From Planctomycetota bacterium (GTDB lineage: Bacteria > Planctomycetota > UBA1135 > UBA2386): a stretch of 64,000 nucleotides of DNA. Both the position numbers and the translations under genes were made by a program. The stretch lies in the NCBI GenBank assembly GCA_046290465.1, contig JBKAGP010000001.1:6240001-6304000 (forward strand). Direction: 5' to 3'. Below the pieces are notes generated by a model. It did not search any database. It had not been told where the DNA came from and saw only the letters and a program-made list of their open reading frames with translations. Positions 19,672 to 28,754 of this stretch are shown here, in pieces (position 1 is the first letter of the stretch; the number at the start of each line of letters is the position of its first letter).

Positions 19672-20390
19672 GGCGGCTCGATGGCTGGATCCTCGCCCCG
19701 GTCCTGCTCGGACTGCTGTGCTTCGTGCCGCGCGCGCTGCCGACGCCGGCTGTCGCGTCGCCGTCGCGCGCGCGCTCGGTCGCGCTGCCGCAGCTGCAGC
19801 GAGCGCCGGAGCGGGCGCGCGAGCGGCGCTTCGAGCTCGACGTCGAACGCTCGAGCATGCGGTTCCTGGTGGGGCACGACGGCGGCAGCGTGCTCGTGGC
19901 GTGCTCCGCCGGCGGCGGCGAACTGCTGCTCGGGCCAGCCGACCAGGATGGCGCGCTGACCCTCGAACTCGACCTGTCGTCGCTGCAGGTGGTCGAGGCC
20001 TCGGCCGGAGGACCGAGCCTCGACGACGTGCTCGCCGTGCTCGGCGAGCCGCGGCTGACGCTGCGCGCCCAGCACCTCGGGGTCGCATCGGGCGACCTGC
20101 CGCGGGTCTGGCAGGACCGCTGGCGCGGCACCGTCGGCCTCGGCGCGAGCGTCGTCTCGCGGCCGCTGTCGTCGTGGCGGTGCGCGCTGCCCGGCCGGCG
20201 TCTGCGCACCCAGACGTGGTTCGCGCTCGCCGGTGCCGATGCGGCTGGCGGCGACGCCGACCGCGGTGGCATCGATCCCGGGGGCGCGGTGGGGCCGTGG
20301 CTGCAGAGCCTGGACCCGCGCTACGCCGTCACGATCGGGTTGGACCTCGCGTGGCGGCGGAGTCGGGGGACCGGAGGCCGGGGGAACTGA
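19668..20390 (+). CDS. Exported YceI-like (polyisoprenoid/lipid-binding) protein
   Basis: ATGA overlap and an N-terminal hydrophobic signal. FELDVERSSMRF and LTLELDLSSL resemble YceI strands. Confidence 0.5.
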   Translation: MRRLDGWILAPVLLGLLCFVPRALPTPAVASPSRARSVALPQLQRAPERARERRFELDVERSSMRFLVGHDGGSVLVACSAGGGELLLGPADQDGALTLELDLSSLQVVEASAGGPSLDDVLAVLGEPRLTLRAQHLGVASGDLPRVWQDRWRGTVGLGASVVSRPLSSWRCALPGRRLRTQTWFALAGADAAGGDADRGGIDPGGAVGPWLQSLDPRYAVTIGLDLAWRRSRGTGGRGN

Positions 20391-20522
20391 GGGAGAGGCC
20401 GGGTCGCGCATCGGCCTGCGGGGGCGCGCGCGGATCCGTGTGCGCCGCTCCCAGCCCGTTGCCCCGGCGCGTCCGATGCGCAACGATGGCGACGCCCCTC
20501 TCCCCTCCGAGTCCCGTCGTCG

Positions 20523-21689
20523 ATGCCGAAGAAACTGCAGCGCCGCATCTCTGCCCCGAAGGCTTCGCCTGCGGCCGTCCAGAAACGCCCCTCCGGAGGT
20601 GATTCCGGCGGCGGGGGCCTGTCCCTGCCGTTCGGCAAGAACCGCGTCACCGCCAAGGTGCTGGCCGAGTTCACCAGCCAGCTGGCGGTGCTGCTCAACG
20701 CCGGCATCCCGATCACCAAGAGCCTGCGCATCCTCGAGGGCCAGATGCAGCAGGGCGCCATGAAGCGCATCGCCGGCCAGCTGGTCGAGGACGTCGAGGG
20801 CGGCACGGCGCTGTCCGAGGCGATGGCCAAGCACGAGGGCGTGTTCGATCCGCTCTACACCAACATGGTGCGCGCCGGCGAGGCCGGCGGTGTGCAGGAG
20901 GAGATCCTCAACCGCCTGAGCGGCTTCCTGGTGCAGAGCGAGGCGATCAAATCGCGCGTCAAGGGCGCGCTCGCCTACCCGGTGGCGATCCTGATCGTCG
21001 CGATCCTGGTGCTGCTGCTGGTGTTCGCGTTCGTGATCCCGAAGTTCCGGCAGGTGTTCTCGACGCTCGGCGAAGGCAACCTGCACTGGACCACCGAGTG
21101 GGTGATGGGCATCGGCGACCACCTCAAGGTCTGGTGGTGGAGCTACCTGCTCGGCGCGGTGCTGCTCTACGCGCTGCACCGGCTGTTGATGAGCAAGGCG
21201 ATGGGCTACCGCAGCGTCATGCACAAGGCGGCGCTACACATGCCGCTGTTCGGCGGGCTGGTGCACAAGAGCCTGGTGGCGCGGTTCGCGCGCACGTTCG
21301 GCACGCTGATCCAGTCGGGGGTGCCGCACCTAGACGCGCTCGACATCCTCAACGCGTCGACCAACAACGTGCACATGAAGTCCGCCGTCGGCGACGTGCA
21401 GTCTTCGATCCGCGAGGGCGCCGGCTTCGCGGTGCCGATGGGGGAGAGCGGCATGTTCGACGACATCGTCATCAACATGGTCGACGTCGGCGAGCAGACC
21501 GGCGAACTCGACGGCATGCTGACCAAGATCGCCGACCGCTACGAGACCGAGGTCGACCAGACGGTCGAGACGACGTTCAAGCTGATCGAGCCGATCCTGC
21601 TGGTGGTGATGGCCGTGATCGTCGGCTTCATCGTGTTTGCCCTGTTCATGCCGCTGTTGACGATGATGCAGCAGATGAGCAAGAGATAA
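20523..21689 (+). CDS. pilC: Type II secretion/type IV pilus inner-membrane platform protein (GspF/PilC)
   Basis: Motifs FTSQLAVLLNAGIP, MVRAGEAGG, ALAYP, VGEQTGEL and IEP. Confidence 0.92.
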   Translation: MPKKLQRRISAPKASPAAVQKRPSGGDSGGGGLSLPFGKNRVTAKVLAEFTSQLAVLLNAGIPITKSLRILEGQMQQGAMKRIAGQLVEDVEGGTALSEAMAKHEGVFDPLYTNMVRAGEAGGVQEEILNRLSGFLVQSEAIKSRVKGALAYPVAILIVAILVLLLVFAFVIPKFRQVFSTLGEGNLHWTTEWVMGIGDHLKVWWWSYLLGAVLLYALHRLLMSKAMGYRSVMHKAALHMPLFGGLVHKSLVARFARTFGTLIQSGVPHLDALDILNASTNNVHMKSAVGDVQSSIREGAGFAVPMGESGMFDDIVINMVDVGEQTGELDGMLTKIADRYETEVDQTVETTFKLIEPILLVVMAVIVGFIVFALFMPLLTMMQQMSKR

Positions 21690-21693
21690 CGGC

Positions 21694-23175
21694 GTGTCGC
21701 TGGCGTGGCGCATCCTGCTGTTCGCGCTGCTGCTGAACGTGATCACGGTCGGCAGCCTGCAGATCATCGTGCACGAATCGCACCAGCAGTGGTTCGAGAG
21801 CCAGCGCAGCGTGTTCGAGGTGCAGGTGCAGGACTCGTTCGCCGAGCTCGAACGCGTCTACACGCCGTCCGCGATCGACGACGCGTCCGCCAACGCCGGC
21901 ATCGTGCGCAGCCTGCTGCGCAACGAGTCGCTGCGTGAGCTCTACGACGACGTCATCGTCACCAGCGGCCGGCCGCCCTACACCGACGTCTACCTCAACT
22001 CGCTCGGGGCGCTGCACCGCGACCCGGACACGTTCAACCTCGACGAGATCGTCAGCGGCATCTCGCGTGCGCGCAAATCGGACGGCGGGCTGGTGTCGGT
22101 CGCGGACGGCTACTGCCGCGCGCTGCGCCGGGACGGCCGGATCGTCGGCTACCTGTGGTTCGTGCCCAAGTTCAAGCCGCAGCTGCCGACCAGCCTGCCG
22201 CTGTGGTCGGCGTTCGTCGGCGTCGCGATCTCGACGCTGCTGTTCAGCGCGGTGCTGTTCTGGCTGACGCGGCGCGCGGTCGCGCGGCCGCTGCAGGACA
22301 TCGGGGAGGCGGCGCAGGCGGTCGCCAGCGGCCACTACGACGTGCGCCTGCCCGAGACGCGCAGCGTGCCCGAGCTGGGGCCGCTGGTCGCGACGTTCAA
22401 CCGGATGGCGCACCAGGTCGAGAGCCACACCGCGACGCTCGAGCACGCCGTGCGCGAGGCGGTCGCGGCGACCGAGCAGAAGGAACGCGCGCTGGTGCAG
22501 AGCTCGCGGCTGGCGACGATCGGCACGCTCGCGGCCGGCGTCGCGCACGAGATCAACAACCCGATCGGTGGCATGCAGAACGCCGTGCACCGGCTGCTGC
22601 AGGCCGACGACCTGACCGACAAGCAGAAGGTCTACCTCGAACTGCTGCGCGACGGCCTGCAGCGGGTCGCCGGCACCACGCGCCGCATGCTCGAGTTTGC
22701 CCCGAAGGACGCCGAGCCGAAGGCGTTCGACGTGGTCGCCGCGATCGAGGGCGCGTTCGCGCTGGTCGAGCACCGCTGCAAGCAGGAGAACGTGCGCTTC
22801 GAGCTGCGCGCCGACGACGGCCTGCCGTCGGTGCACGGCGACGCGCACGAGATCCAGCAGGTGGTGCTCAACCTGCTGCTCAACTCGCTCGACGCGATCG
22901 ACGGCCGCGGCGGCGCGATCACCGCGACCGCGACGGGCGGCGACGGCCTGGTCCGCGTCGAAGTCGCCGACGACGGTCCCGGCATGCCCGAAGAGCTGCA
23001 GTCGCGCATCTTCGACCCGTTCTTCACCAGGAAGACCCGCCCCGACGCCAGCGGGCTGGGCATGTTCATCAGCTACTCGATCATCCAGAACCACGGCGGC
23101 ACGATGCGCATCGAGTCGCGGCCGGGCGAAGGCTTTTGCACCCGGATCGAGCTACCGGTGTCGCAGGCCGGCTGA
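21694..23175 (+). CDS. Sensor histidine kinase (2 TM, HAMP, HisKA, HATPase)
   Basis: H-box AHEINNP, N-box NLLLNS, DDGPG, FDPFFT and GLG. Confidence 0.93.
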   Translation: MSLAWRILLFALLLNVITVGSLQIIVHESHQQWFESQRSVFEVQVQDSFAELERVYTPSAIDDASANAGIVRSLLRNESLRELYDDVIVTSGRPPYTDVYLNSLGALHRDPDTFNLDEIVSGISRARKSDGGLVSVADGYCRALRRDGRIVGYLWFVPKFKPQLPTSLPLWSAFVGVAISTLLFSAVLFWLTRRAVARPLQDIGEAAQAVASGHYDVRLPETRSVPELGPLVATFNRMAHQVESHTATLEHAVREAVAATEQKERALVQSSRLATIGTLAAGVAHEINNPIGGMQNAVHRLLQADDLTDKQKVYLELLRDGLQRVAGTTRRMLEFAPKDAEPKAFDVVAAIEGAFALVEHRCKQENVRFELRADDGLPSVHGDAHEIQQVVLNLLLNSLDAIDGRGGAITATATGGDGLVRVEVADDGPGMPEELQSRIFDPFFTRKTRPDASGLGMFISYSIIQNHGGTMRIESRPGEGFCTRIELPVSQAG

Positions 23176-23202
23176 CCGCGTCGCAGGCCGGCTGACCGCG
23201 TC
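23161..23202. repeat. 20-bp tandem duplication spanning the histidine kinase stop codon
   Basis: tcgcaggccggctgaccgcg at 23161 and 23181. Confidence 0.9.
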
Positions 23203-23245
23203 AGGGGCCGCCTGCTGCGTCGACGGCGCGAGGCGCTACCGCGGC

Positions 23246-24256
23246 CTACTCGGTGGCCTCGGCGGCCGGGCCGCCGCCGGCTTCGCTGCTGGCGGGCGCC
23301 TCGGAGCCGCTGTAGAGCCAGACCTGGTTCTTGCCGCGGCGCTTGGCCTCCTGCAGCGCGCGGTTGGCGTTGCGGCGCAGCTGGTCGACGCTGCTGGCCT
23401 TGCGGCCGTCGTAGCTGTCGACGCCGATCGAGACCGTGACCTGCCGCTCGTACGAACTGCTGGTGACGTTCATGCCGCTGATGCGCTGGCGGATGCGCAG
23501 CGCGGTCTGCACCGCCTCGGCCGGGCTGGTCTGGGGCAGCAGCACGCAGAACTCGTCGCCGCCGAAGCGGGCGGCGAAGTCGGTCTCGCGCACGTTGCCC
23601 TTCAACGCGTCGGCGACGCGGCGCAGCACCTCGTCGCCGAACGCATACTCGGTGGTGTCGTTGACGTCCTTGAAGTTGTCGACGTCGATCAGCAGCAGCG
23701 ACAGCGGGTTCTGGTGGCGCTGGGCGCGCTTCCACTCGAGCCCCATGATCCGCTTCATGTAGAGCTCGCTGGTCAGGCCGGTCTTGAAGTCGACGCTGAC
23801 CTGGCTCTCGAGCTGGCGGGCGCGCGACTGCAGGCCACGGATCCGGACGCGCGTCTGCAGCGCCATCTCGACGCGGTGCACGACCTCGGCGGCCGAGCAC
23901 GGCTTCAGCACGAAGTCGCGGAACGGCACCTGCATGTTGCGGGCGTCGCTCAGCGCCGCGAGGTCCTCGACCAGCAGGATCACCGGGATCGGGTCGTCCT
24001 CGAGCTGGATCCGTTCGAGCAACTCCAACTCGACGCCGTCCTCGCACATCACCAGTGGGTTGAGCAGCACCACGTCCGGGCGGTCCTCGCCGGCCAGCCG
24101 GTGGCTCTGGGCCAGGCTGTTGCCGAGCCGCACCTCGTAGCCGTTGCGCGCGAGGGCCGTGGTGACCTCGTCGAGCGGGTCCCGGTTGTGGTTCATCACG
24201 AGGACGACCTGGCTGGTCGCCTCGGACGATCGCTCGGGCTGCTGGCCGCCGGACAT
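23246..24256 (-). CDS. Diguanylate cyclase with an N-terminal pseudo-receiver domain
   Basis: D.KTGL, DVDNFK.VND, RETD I-site and RFGGDEF. The REC fold has VLLN in place of the phospho-Asp. Start uncertain. Confidence 0.88.
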   Translation of the reverse strand: MSGGQQPERSSEATSQVVLVMNHNRDPLDEVTTALARNGYEVRLGNSLAQSHRLAGEDRPDVVLLNPLVMCEDGVELELLERIQLEDDPIPVILLVEDLAALSDARNMQVPFRDFVLKPCSAAEVVHRVEMALQTRVRIRGLQSRARQLESQVSVDFKTGLTSELYMKRIMGLEWKRAQRHQNPLSLLLIDVDNFKDVNDTTEYAFGDEVLRRVADALKGNVRETDFAARFGGDEFCVLLPQTSPAEAVQTALRIRQRISGMNVTSSSYERQVTVSIGVDSYDGRKASSVDQLRRNANRALQEAKRRGKNQVWLYSGSEAPASSEAGGGPAAEATE

Positions 24257-24639
24257 GCGCTGGGTATCGGTGCTGGACACAGGTGTGAGCTGGCTTCCCG
24301 GGACATGTGCGACGGCAGGATCGTAGGTCACGGGCTGGCGAGAGATCTCTTGCTGGAACGGTGTGTGGCGAGTCGGGGGGAAGACGGGTCGGGGTTGTGC
24401 TTGGGGGAGTGGCAACCCCAACATGTCGTCCCGACGGGTCCACGGTGGCCCGGCGCAGCAATCTGCGTCGTTGGGCCGGTATGCACCAGCAGGAGTCCCT
24501 GACCGCGGCCGAGTCTACCAGGACCGGCGCGGCGCGAAAGGGGCGCATCGGCCCCGATCGGCCAGATCTGGCGGGCCCTCGGCCGGCATTTCGGTGCAGG
24601 GGACCGGCCAGAGGTGCCGTCGACGGGCCGGATCCACGC

Positions 24640-24667
24640 TTGACGGCATCGCGGCGGTCCCTACAAT
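24640..24667 (+). promoter_or_regulatory. Sigma70-type promoter of the rpsB operon
   Basis: TTGACG-N16-TACAAT, about 60 bp upstream of rpsB. Confidence 0.7.
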
Positions 24668-24728
24668 CCTCCGCCCTTCATTCGTCCTACGACGCCCATT
24701 TGAACCCGAGGCAAGGAGCCCGCCGCAC

Positions 24729-25796
24729 GTGCCGCTCGTTACTGCGCAAGAACTGATCGACGCCGGAGTCCACTACGGCCACCAGGCCAGCCGCTGGAAC
24801 CCGAAGATGAAGCCCTTCATCCACGGGAAGCGCCACAAGATCCACGTCATCAATCTCGAGGAGACGATCCGCGGGCTGTACCAGGCGACGCACTTCGTGC
24901 GTTCGCTGGCTGCGACCGGCGCCCAGATCATGTTCCTCGGCACGAAGAAGCAGATCCGACCGGTGGTCGAGGCGGAGGCTGGCAAGTGCAGCATGCCGTC
25001 GGTGACCGAGCGCTGGATCGGCGGCACGCTGACCAACTTCTCGACGGTGCGCGAGCGCCTGACGAGGCTGGTCGAGTACGAGAACCTCGAGGCGACCGGC
25101 GCGATCGAGAAGTACAAGAAGAAGGACCAGTCGATGATCCGCCGCGAGATCAAGCGCATCCGGCGCAACCTCGACGGCGTTCGCGACCTGCACGGCCTGC
25201 CGGGTGCTCTGGTCGTGATCGACCCGCGCCGCGAGGAGAACGCGATGCGCGAGGCCAAGCGCATGAACGTGCCGGTGGTCTGCGTGCTCGACACCGACTG
25301 TGATCCGTCGCTCGCCGACATCGTCATCCCGGCGAACGACGACGCGATGAGCTCGGTCCAGCTGATCCTCGGCAAGCTCGCCGAAGCGATCATGGAAGGT
25401 CGTTCGCAGTGTGACGAGGCGACCCTGCGCGACGCGCAGAAGGCCGCGAAGGAAGACGTGCGCTGCAAGGCGGCGCCCGGTCGTCGCAACGAGCGCGACG
25501 GTCGCGGCGGCGGCATGCGTCGCGGCGGTGGCGGCGGCGGTCGCGGCGGTCGCGGTGGCCCGGGCGGCGGCGGTCGCTTCCAGGCCGGTGGCCACGCGAC
25601 GTCGGTCTCGGTCGGCGGCGACAAGGCCGAGAGCGGCCCGGCGGTCGCTCCGGAGATCAAGCCGGTCGAATCGGCCGACGCGCCGGCGAAGGCTGCCGAG
25701 GCGGCTCCTGCTCCTGCTCCCGCTCCGGCTCCTGCGCCTGAGGCCGCTCCGGCGCCGGCTCCGGAAGCGCCCGAGGCTCCCAAGAGCGACAGCTAG
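24729..25796 (+). CDS. rpsB: 30S ribosomal protein S2 with a long low-complexity C-terminal tail
   Basis: Motifs LIDAGVHYGH, WNPKM, RWIGGTLTNF, DTDCDP and IPANDD. AAGGAG RBS. Confidence 0.97.
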   Translation: MPLVTAQELIDAGVHYGHQASRWNPKMKPFIHGKRHKIHVINLEETIRGLYQATHFVRSLAATGAQIMFLGTKKQIRPVVEAEAGKCSMPSVTERWIGGTLTNFSTVRERLTRLVEYENLEATGAIEKYKKKDQSMIRREIKRIRRNLDGVRDLHGLPGALVVIDPRREENAMREAKRMNVPVVCVLDTDCDPSLADIVIPANDDAMSSVQLILGKLAEAIMEGRSQCDEATLRDAQKAAKEDVRCKAAPGRRNERDGRGGGMRRGGGGGGRGGRGGPGGGGRFQAGGHATSVSVGGDKAESGPAVAPEIKPVESADAPAKAAEAAPAPAPAPAPAPEAAPAPAPEAPEAPKSDS

Positions 25797-26014
25797 TCGA
25801 CGCGCCGTCCGTTCGCACGGCGGCGCGATCGTCCGATGGCTGCGGCCGACGGCTGCGGCCAGCTCGCGGATCGGCAGTTCGGATCGAGCACCTCGGTCCG
25901 CGGGCTCCGTGCCCGACGTCGATGCCGACCCTTGCGGCGCGCCAACCGCCCCGCACCCCGAACCACTCCACTGAACGACTGTGCTCGCCTTCGCGAGCCT
26001 GCCCGAAACGAATC

Positions 26015-26617
26015 ATGACTAAGATCGACGCGAAGACCGTTAAGCAGCTGCGTGATCTCACCGGCGCTCCGATGATGGACTGCAAGTCGGCGCTGGCCGA
26101 GACCGGCGGCGACATCGACAAGGCCAAGGACGTGCTGCGCAAGCGCGGCCAGCAGGTCGCTGACAAGGCGTCGGACCGCGAGGTCTCGGAAGGCCTGGTC
26201 TACGGCTACGCGCACCACAACGGCAAGCTCGGCGTGCTCGTCGAGATCGTCTGCGAGACCGACTTCGTGGCGATGAACGAGGACTTCAAGGCCTTCTGCC
26301 ACGGCGTCGCGATGACGGTCGCCGCGTTCAACCCTCCGTACCTCGACAAGGCCGCGATCCCGGCCGAGGACATCGAGAAGGAGCAGAACATCGTCACCGA
26401 GATGACCAAGGAGTCGATGGCCGGCAAGCCCGACAACGTCATCGAGAAGGCCGTCACCGGCCGCATGGAGAAGTGGTTCGGCGAGCACACGCTGATGGCC
26501 AAGCCGTACGTCCCGGACGACAGCAAGACCGTCGAGCAGGTGCGCACCGAACTGGTTGCGAAGATCGGCGAGAACATCCAGGTCCGCCGCTACTTCCGGA
26601 TGGAGCTCGGCGGCTGA
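26015..26617 (+). CDS. tsf: Elongation factor Ts (short form)
   Basis: Motifs VKQLRDLTGAPMMDCK, CETDFVA and IGENIQVRR. Confidence 0.97.
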   Translation: MTKIDAKTVKQLRDLTGAPMMDCKSALAETGGDIDKAKDVLRKRGQQVADKASDREVSEGLVYGYAHHNGKLGVLVEIVCETDFVAMNEDFKAFCHGVAMTVAAFNPPYLDKAAIPAEDIEKEQNIVTEMTKESMAGKPDNVIEKAVTGRMEKWFGEHTLMAKPYVPDDSKTVEQVRTELVAKIGENIQVRRYFRMELGG

Positions 26618-26729
26618 TCCAGCCGCGCGAGACCTCCCGCTGCGCCGGCGCGCGCCCGTTCGCGCGCCCACGAAGCGCTCTGTCGACGCAGACGCTTTGT
26701 TTCCGATCTGGCGTTGGTAGCCTGCATCC

Positions 26730-27485
26730 ATGAGCACCAGCGACCCAGCTTCGGCCACGGCCGGCTCCACCGCCGAGCCACCCCGACAGATCAAGCGCAT
26801 CCTGCTGAAGATCAGCGGTGAGAGCCTCGGGGAGAACGGCACCGGCGTGTCGCCGCAGGTGGTGGCGCAGGTCGCCGAGCAGATCGCCCGGGTCCACCTC
26901 CTCGGCGTCGAGGTCGCGGTCGTCTGCGGTGGGGGCAACCTGATGCGCGGCGCGGAGTTCGCCAAGATGGGCACCAACCGCACCACCGCCGACCACATGG
27001 GCATGCTCGGCACCGCGATCAACGCGCTGGCGCTGCAGGACGGCCTCGAGCGCGCCGGGGTCGAGACCAGAGCCTGCTGCGCGGTCGAGATGAAGACCGT
27101 CGCCGAACCCTACATCCGCCGCCGCGTGATCCGCCACCTCGAGAAGGGCCGCGCGGTCGTGCTCGCCGGCGGCACCGGCAACCCGTACTTCACGACCGAC
27201 ACCGCCGCCGCGCTGCGCGCCACCGAGCTGGGCGTCGATGCGATCTTCAAGGCAACCAAGGTCGACGGCGTCTACACCGCCGACCCGCAGAAGGACCCGA
27301 GCGCCGAGAAGTTCGACCGGCTGAGCTTCCGCGAGGCGCTCGACCGTGACCTCAAGGTCATGGACCGCACGGCGTTCACGCTGTGCATGGAGAACCACAT
27401 GCCGATCATGGTCTTCGACATGTTCACCGCGGGGAACATGGAGCGCGCCGTTCGCGGCGAGGCCATCGGCACCTGGGTCGTCTAG
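26730..27485 (+). CDS. pyrH: UMP kinase
   Basis: Motifs RILLKISGE, GGGN, DHMGML, GNPYFTTD and VMD.TA. Confidence 0.97.
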   Translation: MSTSDPASATAGSTAEPPRQIKRILLKISGESLGENGTGVSPQVVAQVAEQIARVHLLGVEVAVVCGGGNLMRGAEFAKMGTNRTTADHMGMLGTAINALALQDGLERAGVETRACCAVEMKTVAEPYIRRRVIRHLEKGRAVVLAGGTGNPYFTTDTAAALRATELGVDAIFKATKVDGVYTADPQKDPSAEKFDRLSFREALDRDLKVMDRTAFTLCMENHMPIMVFDMFTAGNMERAVRGEAIGTWVV

Positions 27486-27513
27486 ACCCCAACGCAACCC
27501 CCGCCGAGATCTC

Positions 27514-28083
27514 ATGGAACCCTACGAAATCATCCTCGACGACCTGAAGGAGAAGACCGAGAAGACGCGGCAGCACCTGCGCGATCAGCTCAGCACGATC
27601 CGCACCGGTCGCGCCTCGCCGGCGCTCGTCGACACCATCCGCGTCGACTACTACGGCTCGCCGACGCCGCTCAACCAGGTCGCCCACATCTCGGTGCCCG
27701 AGGCCCGGCAGCTGCTGATCAAGCCGTTCGACGGCTCGCCCGAGGTCATCAAGGAGATCGAGAAGTCGATCCAGAAGTCCGACCTCGGCCTCAACCCGCA
27801 GGGCGACGGCAAGGCGATCCGGCTGGTGATGCCGCCGCTGTCGGGCGAGCAGCGCCAGAAGCTGGTCGCCAAGGTCAAGGACCTGGTCGAGCAGAACCGG
27901 ATCGCGCTGCGCAACGAGCGCCGCGACGCCAACAAGGCCGCCGAACAGATGAAGAAGGACGGCGACCTGACCGAGGACCAGCTCAAGAAGGCCCACGACC
28001 TGATCGACAAGGAGCTGAAGGCCTGCGAGGGCAAGCTCGACGAGGCGCTCAAGGCCAAGTCGAAGGAGATCCTCGAGGACTGA
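27514..28083 (+). CDS. frr: Ribosome recycling factor
   Basis: Motifs IRTGRASP, DYYG, DLGLNP and RN.RRDAN. Confidence 0.97.
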   Translation: MEPYEIILDDLKEKTEKTRQHLRDQLSTIRTGRASPALVDTIRVDYYGSPTPLNQVAHISVPEARQLLIKPFDGSPEVIKEIEKSIQKSDLGLNPQGDGKAIRLVMPPLSGEQRQKLVAKVKDLVEQNRIALRNERRDANKAAEQMKKDGDLTEDQLKKAHDLIDKELKACEGKLDEALKAKSKEILED

Positions 28084-28182
28084 TCGCGCGGTGGGGGCCT
28101 GTGGCGCCTTGCGCTGGTGCGCCCGACCCGCTTTCATCCTTGCCCGCGTTCCGCCGCCCGGCGGAGGGCGGTCCCGTTCCAC

Positions 28183-28258
28183 GGGGGCGTAGCTCAGTTG
28201 GTAGAGCAGCGGCCTTTTAAGCCGGTGGTCGCAGGTTCGAGCCCTGCCGCCCCTACCA
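28183..28258 (+). tRNA. tRNA-Lys (anticodon TTT)
   Basis: GGGGGCG/CGCCCCT acceptor stem, AGCTCAGTTGGTAGAGC D-arm, CTTTTAA loop, GGTTCGAG T-loop and encoded CCA. Confidence 0.95.
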
Positions 28259-28292
28259 TTTCCGGGCCGCGGTCCGCGGCCGACCCGCAGCC

Positions 28293-28652
28293 ATGATCGA
28301 TCCCGAGTTCCTCGCCATGCTCGTCTGTCCGGCCACCCGGCAGCCGCTGCGGGAGGCCTCGGCGGCCGAGGTCGCCGCTGCCAACGAGGCGATCGCGCGC
28401 GGCCTGCGCAATCGCGGAGGCAATCCGGTGTCCGAGGCGTTGTCCGAGGCACTCGCGACCGTCGACGGCGCCTGGCTGTATCCGGTCCAGCAGGGCATCC
28501 CGATCCTGCTGGCGCCGGAGGCCATCCCGAAGGATGGCGGCTCCGGAGATCCCAAAGGAGATCCCGCCGGTGATCCGGCTGTCGATTCCGCTGGCGATCC
28601 CGGCGGCGAAGCCGACGGCGGCGCGACCCCTCCGGATCCCGCAACCCGCTAG
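28293..28652 (+). CDS. Trm112-like protein
   Basis: MIDPEFLAMLVCP...LYPVQQGIPILL, with an acidic Gly/Asp/Pro repeat tail. Confidence 0.8.
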   Translation: MIDPEFLAMLVCPATRQPLREASAAEVAAANEAIARGLRNRGGNPVSEALSEALATVDGAWLYPVQQGIPILLAPEAIPKDGGSGDPKGDPAGDPAVDSAGDPGGEADGGATPPDPATR

Positions 28653-28754
28653 CCACCACCTGCCGATACCAGTCCTTCGGCCGCTTCGCCGGACGGCAAA
28701 TTGCCGCCTGCCGGATGGGCGGCCCTCGCCGGAACCGCTATCCTGTTCCCCCCA

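Noticed and set aside
24557..24576. Fourth copy of the island operator (atcggccagatctggcgggc) upstream of the rpsB promoter
   Set aside because: It shares the CAGATCTG core but matches only about 15/20 positions, which is plausible by chance in GC-rich DNA.
26015..26617. Truncated EF-Ts pseudogene
   Set aside because: Short EF-Ts of about 200 aa is an established natural form, and the N- and C-terminal motifs are both present.
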